Positions 40,531-51,734 are shown, numbered from the stretch's first letter. The stretch: DNA of 64,000 nucleotides from an uncultured delta proteobacterium (GCA_963769935.1 CAVYNY010000010.1:704001-768000), one strand, 5' to 3'. Notes: generated by a model not told the origin, from the letters alone. Translations and numbers: made by a program.

Positions 40531-40628
40531 TTGAGATGGCGCTCCAACCTTCAACCTCAAACCTCCAACCTCAATAGATGCACCGTTCGCCGTGAGCCTT
40601 GCGCCGTGAACCGTGTGCCGGCTATAGT

Positions 40629-41540
40629 CTACCACCAGCGATATTTCCAGTTGCCACAGTGCAGCACGTGCATGACTTCTACTGAAAACAGCAGGGCCAT
40701 GGATGAATAAAAAATCCACATCAGGACCAATATAACCGAGGAAAGCGAACCGTAGAGAAGATTAACCTCACTGATATGCTGTACGTAGAAACCAAAAAAA
40801 TTGCGGGCAAGGATCCACAACAGGCAGAAAATTAGCCCCGCCAGAAATTGATGACGCAGCTTGATGCGAATATTTAAAAAAAGCTTGACCGTCGCCAGGT
40901 AGAACCCAACCATAACCATCACGGATACACCATTGATCTGCAGCGAATTGGCCGAACCTAAAGCCAATTGATAAATATTTTCAAAATATGGCGTTTTGTT
41001 GAAGGCATTTAGAAATTGCGATACCGACGTGGACATAATCGTCCAGGTGAAATTGGATATGAAAAGCAGCAGCACGGCAAAAATACTCATGGTAACATAC
41101 ACGGCCTGACCGAACACCAAATGGCGGACCGGCAGTTGAAAAATCTTGCGGAAGGATGTTTCGAGGGCTTTAAAAATAAGCCCGCTGATGATCGGCAGCA
41201 TCAGAAAATTGATGGCTCGAAATGAACCGTGAGCATTGGAATTGATCACATGCGACTTCATCCACTCTTTGGAAACAAAGGGGATGACCCGGTTCATTTC
41301 ATCAGCCAGCATTTCAGTAACCTGGCCCGTCCAGTTGGCGTGGGCAAAAAACAGGTGCTGAATTAAATCAACAATCAGGATACTTAGGGTGGCAAACGGA
41401 ATAATTGAAAGTAAAAACACAAAAGAGACGGATAGCGATAGGTTGAAACAGTCATCCTGTATGAATTTCTTCAATGCTATTAAAAATAATCTGTGGCCTA
41501 AAAAATTCAGCCGCAAGACCGGAAATCTGTTTGCCAGCAT
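40629..41540 (-). CDS. YihY/virulence factor BrkB family membrane protein
   Basis: FLLSIIPF; LYGSLSSVILVLMWIFYSS..LLFSVE. Confidence 0.9.
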   Translation of the reverse strand: MLANRFPVLRLNFLGHRLFLIALKKFIQDDCFNLSLSVSFVFLLSIIPFATLSILIVDLIQHLFFAHANWTGQVTEMLADEMNRVIPFVSKEWMKSHVINSNAHGSFRAINFLMLPIISGLIFKALETSFRKIFQLPVRHLVFGQAVYVTMSIFAVLLLFISNFTWTIMSTSVSQFLNAFNKTPYFENIYQLALGSANSLQINGVSVMVMVGFYLATVKLFLNIRIKLRHQFLAGLIFCLLWILARNFFGFYVQHISEVNLLYGSLSSVILVLMWIFYSSMALLFSVEVMHVLHCGNWKYRWW

Positions 41541-41592
41541 GGATGTCTGCCTGTATCATTTGGCGGGTCGTAGAAAAGATGTCCGTCTCTTA

Positions 41593-41826
41593 TCAGCTTA
41601 TGTCTGCGAACTCGGCTTGCAGATCTTCCCGCACATCTTCAGATAGAGACTTTATATTCGGAAATAAATCCGTTAAAATTTTCCGGGCTTTTTCAATGCT
41701 GTCGACGGCCTGGGAAATTTTATTGTTTTCGGATTTTGTCAGGTCAATTCGTGCTTTAATTTCGTCAATATCATCACAAATAAAGTCAAATTCGCTGATG
41801 ACTCTGTAAAAATCCTCCGCCTCCAT
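41593..41826 (-). CDS. Small acidic hypothetical protein
   Basis: 77-aa ORF with AAGGAG RBS. Confidence 0.7.
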   Translation of the reverse strand: MEAEDFYRVISEFDFICDDIDEIKARIDLTKSENNKISQAVDSIEKARKILTDLFPNIKSLSEDVREDLQAEFADIS

Positions 41827-42020
41827 TATCTTTCTCCTTTTTGAAATTGTTTAATCCCCCGAAGTGGTAAAAATTAATTTAAATTCAATACACTGCATGA
41901 ATTTACCCCTGTTTTTTTACCATAAAATCTATCGGCACAAAAATTAAAAAGCTTGAGCTTTTTTTCACCGGATTTATTTGCATCTTGCCAAAATCTAATG
42001 CATACTGACTTCAGAATAAC

Positions 42021-42971
42021 ATGATGACTACCAACCGGCCCAAAAAATCAAAGAATTCAGATCGCGCGGCATACGTGTCGCAGCTGATCGCCGTGACGGA
42101 CGGGGAGGTGCGCACCGATCAACCGCTTGGGCCATACACATCTTATAAAATTGGCGGTCCTACGGCAATATGGGTTGCCCCGCAAACCGAAGAAGCGGTC
42201 GGCCGGGCGCTTGAAATCATCCATGCCGCCGAAATTCCGCTGTTTGTCCTTGGTCGGGGTTCGAACGTGCTAATCTCCGATCGCGGATGGGACGGCGTGA
42301 CGCTCTACCTGGGCGAGAATCTGAGCGGATGGAAATTTCAAAACCTTGAAGCCGAGGTTTTAGCCGGGTCCCGCTTGATGGACGTAACCCGTTGTGCGGT
42401 GGGATGCGGACTGGCCGGCTTGGAGCTTCTGGCAGGCATTCCCGGCGGGGTGGGCGGCGCGCTGCGCATGAATGCCGGTGCCTTTGGCCGGGAAATTGAA
42501 AGTGTTGCCGCCGCGGTCAGGGGCTTTCGACGCAATGGCTCCCCTTTCCAGGCCGATCGGGTCAGTATTAATTTCGGCTATCGCCGGGTACCGGATCTGG
42601 CGGAGGTGATTATCACCGGGGCCCGCTTGCGCTTCGAAAAATCCGATGCGGCCGTGCTGAAAGAGCGGATGGAAGACATTCTCGCCATGCGGGCCAAAAA
42701 ACAGCCGCTGAAATTCCCCTCATGCGGCAGCGTATTCAAACGACCGGCCGGATACTATGCGGGTGCTCTGATTGAAGAAGCCGGCTTGAAAGGCAATCGC
42801 ATCGGCGGCGCCATGATCAGCCGCAAACACGCCGGATTCATTCTGAATGCGTCCGATGCCACGGCCGCCGACGTTCATGCCCTCATCCGGCAAATTGAAA
42901 AAAAAGTATTTGAACGTTTCGGTGTCCGGCTCGAGCGTGAAGTTAAACTGATAGGGGAATTCGAGGAATAA
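42021..42971 (+). CDS. murB: UDP-N-acetylenolpyruvoylglucosamine reductase
   Basis: TSYKIGG, LGRGSNVL, GIPGGVGGALRMNAGA, FGYR, PSCGSVFKRP, KHAGFILN, LEREV. Confidence 0.97.
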   Translation: MMTTNRPKKSKNSDRAAYVSQLIAVTDGEVRTDQPLGPYTSYKIGGPTAIWVAPQTEEAVGRALEIIHAAEIPLFVLGRGSNVLISDRGWDGVTLYLGENLSGWKFQNLEAEVLAGSRLMDVTRCAVGCGLAGLELLAGIPGGVGGALRMNAGAFGREIESVAAAVRGFRRNGSPFQADRVSINFGYRRVPDLAEVIITGARLRFEKSDAAVLKERMEDILAMRAKKQPLKFPSCGSVFKRPAGYYAGALIEEAGLKGNRIGGAMISRKHAGFILNASDATAADVHALIRQIEKKVFERFGVRLEREVKLIGEFEE

Positions 42972-43145
42972 GGTTTATTAACCGTTCAAAGGCTCAGAGT
43001 GCAACGTTGAACCCCCACATCCAAAACCTATGAACTCCGGCCCCTGCGGGTGGAGTGGCAGCCTGGAGGAGGCCGCCTCAGACCTATGAACCGCTGGACC
43101 TTGAACTCTGAACCTATGAATCCTGAACCCCTAACCACGAAACCT

Positions 43146-44495
43146 ATGAATCCTGTACCCGGAATCCGGAACCCTGCCGCCCCCACCGGCTGGAAACTTA
43201 CCCGTTTCTTCATTCCTCTGGCAATTCAGGCCGTTTCCCAGTCCCTGAGCTATCCGCTGGTGGCCATGGTTGCCTCCCGAGGTGACGGCGGTCCGCTGAA
43301 CCTGGCCGGACTGGCCCAATCGAACACCGTGATGTTTTTTCTCGGAATGATCGCCATCAGCTCCGTTACAACCGGCATGGTCTATTCCAAAACCCGCGAA
43401 GGATATAAAAAATTCCGATCGGTTACCCTGCTGACCGGCCTTGCGGTCATAACCGTCCAGGCACTGTTGTGCCTGTCCGTGGTGTCTCACCTGCTGTTCG
43501 GCCGCCTTATCGGTTTGCCGCCCAATATCGAGCGGCCGGCTCATATCACGCTGTTGTACTCCATTCCGCTGCAGTTTCTTTTCTTCGTTCGGATTCCCTA
43601 TTTTGTGGTGATGTACGGCGGTCAAGCCACCGGCATTGCCAGTCTGGCAACCATTGTTCGGATCATCCTGACAGCGCTGCTGTCACTGCTCTTTTGCTTC
43701 CTGGGGCTGGTCGGTCCAATCTGGGCCGTGGTGTGTCTCAGCCTGCCGGTAGCCGTCGAAGTGCTGGGTTCGGCCGTGTTCGCCGCTCCGTTTATAAAGT
43801 CGCTAAAGCCTTCCTCCATCCGCCCCCCGAGTTCCTGGGAAATCTTTTTTTTCAATCTGCCGCTGTCGGTCGGCGGCTATTTTCTTTCGGCCTCCGCCAT
43901 CATTTTGGCAGGCATCATCGCCCGGGCACCCGATCCGGACCGCATTCTGCCGATATATTATCTGGCACTGGGACTCGCCAGCCCCATGGCCTATGCGGCG
44001 ACCCGCATCCAGACCATTGTCCTGACCTTTCCGCCGCACTCAATCCAGGATCGACGCATCCTGCACTTCGCCCTGTCGGCGGGTATCATCCTGGGTATTT
44101 TACCTTTAATGTTTATTCTGCCCGGTATGATCGAATTTTATTATGTCAGGCTGCAAAGGCTGAGTCTCCTGGACCTTCATCTCGTAAGGCTGACGGCGCT
44201 TTTCCTGATCTTTTTTCCTGTCAGCGTCGCGATACGCGCTCAGTGCGAAGGCCTTGCGGCCCTGTTCAAAAAACCGACAACAGTGCTCGCCGGACATGCC
44301 GTTTTTATGGCCGCTGTCATCGCCACCGGTTTTTCCCTGCTCAATTTAGGGATACCGGCGGAGCTGATCGGTCCGATCGGTCTGACCATCGGCAGCCTGG
44401 CATCTTCGGCTACTATGCGTTTGGCATTGAACCGGGCAAAAGCAAGGACGATTCCGGTCGGGCAGACGACGACGTCGGTGGGACAAATAAGATAA
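43146..44495 (+). CDS. Multi-pass MATE/MOP-like membrane transporter; start uncertain
   Basis: About 12 hydrophobic segments in two repeats (FFIPLA... / FFFNLPL...); the upstream ORF extension is translated GAACC-rich repeat. Confidence 0.65.
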   Translation: MNPVPGIRNPAAPTGWKLTRFFIPLAIQAVSQSLSYPLVAMVASRGDGGPLNLAGLAQSNTVMFFLGMIAISSVTTGMVYSKTREGYKKFRSVTLLTGLAVITVQALLCLSVVSHLLFGRLIGLPPNIERPAHITLLYSIPLQFLFFVRIPYFVVMYGGQATGIASLATIVRIILTALLSLLFCFLGLVGPIWAVVCLSLPVAVEVLGSAVFAAPFIKSLKPSSIRPPSSWEIFFFNLPLSVGGYFLSASAIILAGIIARAPDPDRILPIYYLALGLASPMAYAATRIQTIVLTFPPHSIQDRRILHFALSAGIILGILPLMFILPGMIEFYYVRLQRLSLLDLHLVRLTALFLIFFPVSVAIRAQCEGLAALFKKPTTVLAGHAVFMAAVIATGFSLLNLGIPAELIGPIGLTIGSLASSATMRLALNRAKARTIPVGQTTTSVGQIR

Positions 44496-44590
44496 AATTG
44501 AGAAATGGGCTAAGGGGAATTAAAATGCCTAAAATTACCGTCTCGCTCGGCTCCATCCATTTTAGGCATTTTTAATTTCAGGCAGTTTTT

Positions 44591-44788
44591 TCACTCTTCT
44601 TCCCAGTGAATACACTCTACGGGACAGTTATCCATCGCTTCTTCGATGCAGTCCTCGGGCCCGCCTTGAGGCAGGATGACTTGAGCCTTTTCTTCGGCTT
44701 CGTTAAAGGCAAAAACCTCCGAACACAGCTCCACGCAACTTTCGCACCCAATACATTCATCGGTATCGATAACAACTGTTTTAGCCAT
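44591..44788 (-). CDS. Monocluster [4Fe-4S] ferredoxin
   Basis: CIGCESC...CPVECI; AAGGAG RBS. Confidence 0.95.
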   Translation of the reverse strand: MAKTVVIDTDECIGCESCVELCSEVFAFNEAEEKAQVILPQGGPEDCIEEAMDNCPVECIHWEEE

Positions 44789-44973
44789 CTTACTCACTCC
44801 TTTTGGTCCGTCTTACATTAAGGGCACACCCTAAGGCCAACTACCTCGAGCTGAAGGAATGCCCGGAGACATTTCAATATTTAGACAGTTACAGTTCTTC
44901 AACAACGATCCGGTGTGACCGGATGATCACACCCCTCAATCTAAGCGCGTTTCTGAAATAATCAAGTGATCCT

Positions 44974-45675
44974 TTAATCCTTTCCAAAGCGCTCTTCCTT
45001 CCACGGGTTCGCCGTATTGCTGTAACCCATGCTTTCATAATAGCCCGGTTCATCACGGTCGACAAATTTGATTTTTTCCAGCCATTTTACACTCTTATAA
45101 AAATAGAGATCCGGCACCAATCCGCGCACGGGCGCACCATGCACCCGGGTAAGTTTTTGATCAAAGAGGGTATGGGCCAGGATCACATTGCCCTTGCGGG
45201 CTTCAGCCAGGGGAATACTGCTGGTGTAATCGCCGGGAGCCTCAAAAACGGCGAAGCCGGCATTTTTTTTGACCTTGGCCAGATCCATGATTGTTTGCAT
45301 CCGAATACCCCGCCAGCGCGAATCCAGCAGGGTCCAGCCGGTGACACAGTGAACATCACAAATCAGGTTCACCTGCTTTAAATCCATCAATTCCCGATAG
45401 GATAATGTCACCGGATTTTCAACTTCACCGGTGATTTGCAGTCGCCAATCGGAAGGATTGTCAGGGGCTTTTGCGCCCCCCATATCGGGCAGCGCTTTTA
45501 CGGCATGCTGCCCTGGAGGAATCCGCGGCCGGCCGTCGGCTCTGAGCTCCGCCGCCAGCGCGATATTTTCTGAATCCATCAATTTGACAAACACACCCGG
45601 CAGACCGATCGATACAAGGGCCCCTCCGGCGGCTGCCAAAAAGTTGCGACGGGTTATCCTGGCGTCCTCTTTCAT
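44974..45675 (-). CDS. Tat-exported sulfite-oxidase-family molybdopterin oxidoreductase
   Basis: TRRNFL Tat motif; DVHCVTGW, HGAPVR..P..YFYKSVKW, PGYYE. Confidence 0.9.
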   Translation of the reverse strand: MKEDARITRRNFLAAAGGALVSIGLPGVFVKLMDSENIALAAELRADGRPRIPPGQHAVKALPDMGGAKAPDNPSDWRLQITGEVENPVTLSYRELMDLKQVNLICDVHCVTGWTLLDSRWRGIRMQTIMDLAKVKKNAGFAVFEAPGDYTSSIPLAEARKGNVILAHTLFDQKLTRVHGAPVRGLVPDLYFYKSVKWLEKIKFVDRDEPGYYESMGYSNTANPWKEERFGKD

Positions 45676-45970
45676 AACATTCTCCGGAAGCTTATAATTT
45701 AATACGCCCGGCCAACAAATCAACCTTGGCAGGGCATATTAAAATAAGATAGAATGACGCGGGACATGGTTGCGATCTTGCACTTGCAATGGTTGCGTTC
45801 TTGTAAATGATCTGCTACCCTGCGACAGAAAAATCCCGGGAAAAAGCGGCACACCCGATTGAAGAAACAGGTTGGATGAAATTTCAATCGCATGCCTGTT
45901 CAACGATCAAAACAAGCAAGTGACGGCAAGCCGGACGAATCCCTCACATACAATAAGGAGACTGCACCTC

Positions 45971-46336
45971 ATGACTGAAGAACAGCAAAATAACATTGAA
46001 TTTAAAATCGATCGATCAAACCTCTATCGCGAGGAGTCGTTCAGCGACCTGAAATCCGGCACTATCAAACGCTTGACACCGGTCAATGCCGACGGATCGG
46101 AGGATAAAAGCCGCAAAACGCGGTTTGTCGGGCACACCAGCATCCTGACCCCCAACGGCCCCCTGCCGATTCAAAACGGCATTCCGGCCAGGGACCTGCA
46201 GCAGGCAATTAAAAAATTCCCCGAGGTGATGGAACAGGCTATGGGCCAGTTAATCGAAGAGGTTAAAAAATACCAGGAACAGGAACGGACCCGCATTCAA
46301 AAGCCGGGGTCGGGAATTATCATCCCCGGCCGGTAA
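45971..46336 (+). CDS. Conserved hypothetical cytoplasmic protein
   Basis: NLYREESFSDLK.GTIKRLTPV..DG; AAGGAG RBS. Confidence 0.8.
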   Translation: MTEEQQNNIEFKIDRSNLYREESFSDLKSGTIKRLTPVNADGSEDKSRKTRFVGHTSILTPNGPLPIQNGIPARDLQQAIKKFPEVMEQAMGQLIEEVKKYQEQERTRIQKPGSGIIIPGR

Positions 46337-46390
46337 TCCAACGTATCGATTTTTTTTAACTAAACGAAGATATTAAGCATAAAAAATAAA

Positions 46391-47638
46391 ATGGGAATAC
46401 TAAGCATTTTCTCAAAAAAAGATCCGGAGGACTTTGAACGCAAGGGAGATGCCTACTATGGGACCGGGGCCTATGGGAAAGCCATCGTAGAATATGAGCA
46501 GGCCCTGGCCAGGCTGGAAAAGACATCACCCTGGGATGAAGGTTACCGGAACAGCCTGCGGGAAAAAATCAGTGACTGCAGAGAAAAACTGGCGCTGACA
46601 CATGAGAAAACGGCCGCCGAGCTGATGGAAGCCGGTCATAATGATGACGCCCGGCAGTATATTGAACTGGCGCAGGAGTTGACCCGGGATCCGCAGCTGA
46701 AATCCAGCCTCGATCAGCACCTGCAAAACCTGGAAACACAGGCCAAAAAAGCAATTCAAACTACCCTGCCGGATTTTAATGCACCGGAGAAAAATGAGCG
46801 GCCGCAGGAGGAACCCGACGACCCGACGCAGGATAACGAATATTTCACGGCCCTGATCGGTACGCTGCCCGAAGAGCTGCAGAAACCCTACCTGAGCTAT
46901 CCGGAGACTTTTAAAGCCGGATACCTGGCATTGAACCGGGGAGATTTCGAATCGGCGGTTAAACATTTATCCCGGGCCATGCAGGAACATGCCGAACCGC
47001 AAAGCTACATTCGGCTCGAGCTGGCCACCGCCTGCCTCAATCTGGGTCAATATGACGAGGCTTGCCGCCTGGCGGAATCTTTTCTGAAGCACCGGCCGGA
47101 TGCGCTGCCGGCCTACCAGCTGTTATGTGAAATTTTCTGGGAAACAAAAGCCTTCGATCGGGCCGAAGCGCTGCTGTCTTCTTTACCCGAAAAATTGGCA
47201 GAATCAGCGGCCGCTTATTTGCTGCGCGGAGAAACCTTGTATCAGGCCGAAAAATATTTTGAGGCCAAGGAGTTTTACCACGATTTTTTAAAAAAATACG
47301 AATGGCACGAAAGCATCGCCCGGGCGCTGGCCAAAACCCATGAGGCCCTGGGTGAAAGAACCAACGCCCGCTACATATACGGCGAGATCGTGAATCAGTG
47401 CCGCAGCTGCAACAGCCGCCTGGATCCCGAGATCAAGCAGAAATTCGCCGACCTCAGTTTTGCCTCCGGTTTGAACACCAGCGAAGTGCTGGAAATGTAT
47501 CTCTCTTTGGCCCGCGAAATTCCACAGAATGCGGCGGATTATTATCACAAGATCAGCCGCATATATGCCGCCCAAGGCAATGAGGAAGAAGCGCGCCGAT
47601 TTCTCCTGATCGCCGAAAAGTATGAAAACAAAGAATGA
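46391..47638 (+). CDS. TPR-repeat protein
   Basis: Repeated G..YY..G.Y.KA...Y..AL helical motifs. Confidence 0.85.
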   Translation: MGILSIFSKKDPEDFERKGDAYYGTGAYGKAIVEYEQALARLEKTSPWDEGYRNSLREKISDCREKLALTHEKTAAELMEAGHNDDARQYIELAQELTRDPQLKSSLDQHLQNLETQAKKAIQTTLPDFNAPEKNERPQEEPDDPTQDNEYFTALIGTLPEELQKPYLSYPETFKAGYLALNRGDFESAVKHLSRAMQEHAEPQSYIRLELATACLNLGQYDEACRLAESFLKHRPDALPAYQLLCEIFWETKAFDRAEALLSSLPEKLAESAAAYLLRGETLYQAEKYFEAKEFYHDFLKKYEWHESIARALAKTHEALGERTNARYIYGEIVNQCRSCNSRLDPEIKQKFADLSFASGLNTSEVLEMYLSLAREIPQNAADYYHKISRIYAAQGNEEEARRFLLIAEKYENKE

Positions 47639-48450
47639 TCTTTAAACCCGATTTTAAATTACCGGCGACGGTATCCCCTCAGGCCTTGTGGTTTGTTTTT
47701 CAAAAGGACAGGCTGCTGCTGAAAACAAGCGACAACGGCTGTCTCATTCCGCGCACACGTGATCTGGCGAAATTCAATTTTTCTCCGATTCGCAAACAGT
47801 ACCTGGGCGCGCTGGATGGCCGGCAGTGTTATGCCGCCGAAATGCCGGATGAAATAGCCCCGGCCGATGGATTGATCCTGCAGGTGATGCGGGATACCTT
47901 CGACCGGCTGGAAGAGGAGTTGATCTGGATTGCCGGCCGTGCCAACCAACTGGTGGACTGGAACCGCAGCCACCAGTTCTGCGGCCGGTGCGGGCATCCA
48001 ACCGCAGACAAGACGGAAGAACGGGCTAAAACCTGTCCCGCCTGCGGCCTGATCAATTACCCGCGCCTTTCACCCGCGGTGATTATGGCGGTCGTCCGGG
48101 GCGACCGGCTGCTGCTTGCCAGCAACAAACGCTTTAAGCCGGGATTTTACAGTGTGCTGGCCGGATTTGTCGAACCGGGAGAAACGCTTGAAGATTGCGT
48201 TGCCAGGGAAATCAGGGAGGAAGTCGGCCTTAGCGTGGCAAATATCCGCTATTTCGGCAGCCAGCCCTGGCCTTTTCCCAACTCCCTGATGGTGGCGTTC
48301 GTTGCGGATTATGCCGGCGGGCAAATCAGCATCGACCCATCCGAAATTACCGACGCCGCATGGTTTACGGCCGAAAACCTGCCTTCGATCCCTCCCCGAA
48401 TCACCATCGCCAGGCACCTGATCGACTGGTTCGTCAACCGGAAACCCTAA
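47635..48450 (+). CDS. nudC: NAD(H) diphosphatase / NAD-capped RNA hydrolase
   Basis: FCGRCG...CPACG zinc finger; Nudix box GFVEPGETLEDCVAREIREEVG; SQPWPFP signature. Confidence 0.95.
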   Translation: MIFKPDFKLPATVSPQALWFVFQKDRLLLKTSDNGCLIPRTRDLAKFNFSPIRKQYLGALDGRQCYAAEMPDEIAPADGLILQVMRDTFDRLEEELIWIAGRANQLVDWNRSHQFCGRCGHPTADKTEERAKTCPACGLINYPRLSPAVIMAVVRGDRLLLASNKRFKPGFYSVLAGFVEPGETLEDCVAREIREEVGLSVANIRYFGSQPWPFPNSLMVAFVADYAGGQISIDPSEITDAAWFTAENLPSIPPRITIARHLIDWFVNRKP

Positions 48451-48467
48451 TGTTGTAATCAGCGAAG

Positions 48468-48776
48468 TCAGACCGGCTGCAACACCTGCACTTTCAGATC
48501 CTGCACGTAGTCCTTCACCGCTTCCCGATAGGCGGCCATGTGGGCGGTCTTCAGATGCGCCTGCAGGGCATCCAGGCTTTGCCAGGCTTCAACGATGGTG
48601 ACGACGTCCGGCCGGATTGGACCCTGCACGGGCAGACCGGAATCCACGTCAATTGCAGGCTGGTAGCCCTGACAGCCGTTTTCGGCCCTTACTTTGGGAA
48701 CGTTTTTACCCAAAATTTTAAGATAGTCTTCCCGGCAGCCGGGTTTCAACCGGATGGTGGCAATTACATGAATCAT
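48468..48776 (-). CDS. ABM-family putative quinol monooxygenase
   Basis: RAENGCQGY, IVEAWQSLDALQAHL..AHM. Confidence 0.9.
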   Translation of the reverse strand: MIHVIATIRLKPGCREDYLKILGKNVPKVRAENGCQGYQPAIDVDSGLPVQGPIRPDVVTIVEAWQSLDALQAHLKTAHMAAYREAVKDYVQDLKVQVLQPV

Positions 48777-48971
48777 TGACAGCACTCCTTTCCAAAGGGT
48801 TTTAAAGTCGCATCATCTTAGTTAATAGACGTTTTTTTTGCAATAGATAAAGAATCCCGACCATCCCAACCACCTGAAAGGGGTTGATATAATCTACTCA
48901 ACTATGTATTGTTGACAGCTGTTAAGTCGATCGGTTTAGTGGATATTTTACAGAAATTCTGGTTGGACAAA

Positions 48972-50876
48972 ATGAATTCGATTCCGCAGTGGCGATTTCG
49001 CAAGATGCAGCCCGGGGAGATTAATGTCGATCCCATTGAAGGTGAGTTTTTCACCACCGAAGCCATCGGCAGCATCACCGATGCGCTGGTCCGCGAATCT
49101 ATTCAGAATTCTCTGGACGCGGCCGAAGGAGACGGGCCCGTAACGGTATGCTTTTCGTTCTATTCCGGTCCCAGCCGGGGATCCGCCCCCCGGGAGGTTA
49201 TCGAGACCTACCTGAACGGTCTCAGCCCCCATCTTCAGGCCAAACACTCCGGTTTGCAGGATCTGCCGTCCATCGCGGAGAACCTCGAGTATATCTTAAT
49301 TGAAGACTACGGCACCCGGGGCCTGCAGGGCGATATTCGCCAGTATGACGACCTGGATGATGACCTCCGCAAAAATGATTTTTACTATTTCTGGCGCAAT
49401 ATCGGCCGCACCCGCAAAGAGTCGGCCGATCTCGGCCGCTGGGGACTGGGCAAAACCGTCTTTCAGGCCGCCTCCCGGATAAACGCCTTCTACGGGATGA
49501 CCGTCCGCCGGGACGACGGCCGCGCGCTGTTGATGGGCCAATCCGTTTTAAAAATCCATAAAGTCGCTGGAACCCGGTATGCTCCCTACGGTTATTTCGG
49601 ATTGTTTGACGGTGAACTCGCTCTACCGGTGGAAGACCAGACCGATCTGGCAAACTTTGCCGACCGGTTTTTAATCGACCGGTTCGGCAAACCGGGCCTG
49701 ACTGTCCTGGTTCCTTACCCGGACAAGGAAATTAATGCACCGGAATGCGCCAGGTCCGTCATCAAACACTATTTTTTCCCAATTCTTGCGGGACGCTTAA
49801 TTGTTGTCGTTAAGCACGCCGGCAAAATATGGCAGCTCAACGCCGTCTCCCTTGATGATCTCCTTAAAAAATCACGCTTCCCCGAAAGCCAGGGCATGCT
49901 CGGCCTGCTGGATCTGGCCCGCTGGGCCATCAGACAGCCGCAAGAGAACTATATCAGCCTCCAAGAACCAATAACCGGCCGGGCTCCCAAACTCAGAGAA
50001 GATTTATTCAGCTCCCATGACCTGACGGAACTTAGAGAAAAATTTGCGAACGGAGAACGTCTGGCCTTTTACGTACCGGTCACCATCCGGCGGCAATTCA
50101 GCAAAGATTTAATGCACTCCGGTTTTACGCTGTACCTGGAGCGGGATGAAGGCCTACCCAAGGCCGAAGATCATTTCATCCGCCAGGGAATCACCATACC
50201 GGAGGTAACCGCTCTCAAGCACAACGGCGTGCGCGCCATTGTTTCCATTGCCGAGCATCAGCTGTCCGCCTTCCTGGGGGATGCCGAAAATCCGGCCCAC
50301 ACCGAATGGGAGCGCAACTCCAAAAAATTCAAAAAACGTTACAAACTGGGCCCCTCAACCCTGGATTTTGTAAAATCCAGCCCGCGGGAAATTGTGAAAA
50401 TCCTCATGCGGCCTCAAAAGGGCCGCGATGAAAATTTATTGAAGCACATTTTTTCCCTGCCGACGGATGCGGCCGCAGCCGGAAAAGCAGCCCCCAAAAG
50501 CGGAGGCGCTGCCGCCGGACGGGCTGCTGAAATCATGAGCAATGGTGAAATCATCGAATCCCGGGACGAAAATTATCTGCAGCTCAGCCCGATCAAAGGC
50601 GGCTTTAGCCTGGCCAAAAAAGCGAAATCGAAGCGGGTTCCCCGGTATATCACGGTCTGGTTGGCCTACGAGGTCCGCACGGGCAACCCGTTTAAAAAAT
50701 ATACTTCTCTGGATTTTGATGTCGGAAAGCCGCCGATATCCATCCGGGTAACCGGCGCCGGCCTATTATTAAACAAGCACAATGTGATCCAGATCGAGGT
50801 CCGGCAAGGAAATTTCAAGTTGACGGTTACCGGTTTTGATACCAATCGCGATCTCCGGGTAAAGACGAACCCCTAA
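48972..50876 (+). CDS. GHKL (Hsp90/MutL/MORC-like) ATPase-domain protein of unknown function
   Basis: LVRESIQNSLDA (ExxxN..DA), IEDYGTRGL (DxGxG-like), LGRWGLGK (G2). Confidence 0.8.
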   Translation: MNSIPQWRFRKMQPGEINVDPIEGEFFTTEAIGSITDALVRESIQNSLDAAEGDGPVTVCFSFYSGPSRGSAPREVIETYLNGLSPHLQAKHSGLQDLPSIAENLEYILIEDYGTRGLQGDIRQYDDLDDDLRKNDFYYFWRNIGRTRKESADLGRWGLGKTVFQAASRINAFYGMTVRRDDGRALLMGQSVLKIHKVAGTRYAPYGYFGLFDGELALPVEDQTDLANFADRFLIDRFGKPGLTVLVPYPDKEINAPECARSVIKHYFFPILAGRLIVVVKHAGKIWQLNAVSLDDLLKKSRFPESQGMLGLLDLARWAIRQPQENYISLQEPITGRAPKLREDLFSSHDLTELREKFANGERLAFYVPVTIRRQFSKDLMHSGFTLYLERDEGLPKAEDHFIRQGITIPEVTALKHNGVRAIVSIAEHQLSAFLGDAENPAHTEWERNSKKFKKRYKLGPSTLDFVKSSPREIVKILMRPQKGRDENLLKHIFSLPTDAAAAGKAAPKSGGAAAGRAAEIMSNGEIIESRDENYLQLSPIKGGFSLAKKAKSKRVPRYITVWLAYEVRTGNPFKKYTSLDFDVGKPPISIRVTGAGLLLNKHNVIQIEVRQGNFKLTVTGFDTNRDLRVKTNP

Positions 50877-50970
50877 TTAATCCGCCCTGAAAAATTGCGT
50901 ATTCAGGGTTTTGAAATATTCAATCTAAATTGTAGAAAGTCGCTGGATTAAAGGTCCGGCGGATTAATTA
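50874..50970 (-). mobile_element. 97-bp MITE, copy 3 (inverted relative to copies 1 and 2)
   Basis: TAATTAATCCGCCCTGAAAAA...AAGGTCCGGCGGATTAATTA is the reverse complement of the copy 1/2 ends. Confidence 0.85.
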
Positions 50971-50972
50971 TT

Positions 50973-51734
50973 ATGATACGCAAGTTCAACTACACCGGAA
51001 GAAAAAAAATCAGACGCTCGGACGTGAGCGTTGATCTGATGCGGGATGATGACGGCCGCCGGTATTTTAACATCGGTCTTCATCTGGCCGATATGGAGCT
51101 GCCGGAAAATGCCCGGATTTACGTCGAAGCCTATCACCGCTCCGGCTACCAGCGATTTGATTACGGAACCGCACAAAAGATGAGAATTCCATCGGATCGC
51201 AGGCTGGACGATATTTCAGAGTCGGTCACTCCGCTTTTCCGGGTCAAAGTCGTCGATAAAACCGCCGCCCACGGCCGGATACTGGCCTCGGTCGACAAAA
51301 TCCGCCCGGCCAGCGTCGACTTTCAGCCGGCGGACAGCCGGGCCCTGCTGTTCGTCGAGTACGACGATCTAGGCCATCGGATCTGGCAGCTCGACCTTGA
51401 CGGAGACTGGCCGGTTCTGAAATTAAATCAGGAAGTTGATGAAATCAGCCAGATCGCGGTCTCGGACAATCGTTTTTCCACCCTGGTGTACCCGGAAGTG
51501 TTGCGTCAGATTTTAACCCGCATTTTAATCGAAGATGAACACACAGATCCCGAATGCGATGACGACTGGCCCAGCCTCTGGCTGAAACTGGCCTGCACCC
51601 TGCCCGGCATGTCGGCACCCCAGTCGACCTCCAAGGCGGACCGGCAGGCCTGGATCGAAAATGCCGTGGAGGCATTTTGTGCCAATTTTGAGGTGCTGGA
51701 TAAATTCCATCAGGCTATGCAGATTGCCGGCTGA
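50973..51734 (+). CDS. Hypothetical protein, second gene of the GHKL operon
   Basis: 253-aa intact ORF; no family recognised. Confidence 0.8.
   Translation: MIRKFNYTGRKKIRRSDVSVDLMRDDDGRRYFNIGLHLADMELPENARIYVEAYHRSGYQRFDYGTAQKMRIPSDRRLDDISESVTPLFRVKVVDKTAAHGRILASVDKIRPASVDFQPADSRALLFVEYDDLGHRIWQLDLDGDWPVLKLNQEVDEISQIAVSDNRFSTLVYPEVLRQILTRILIEDEHTDPECDDDWPSLWLKLACTLPGMSAPQSTSKADRQAWIENAVEAFCANFEVLDKFHQAMQIAG

Noticed and set aside
42980..43170. N-terminal extension of the MATE-like protein
   Set aside because: It is translated GAACC/GAACCTAT intergenic repeat sequence; a later start is more plausible
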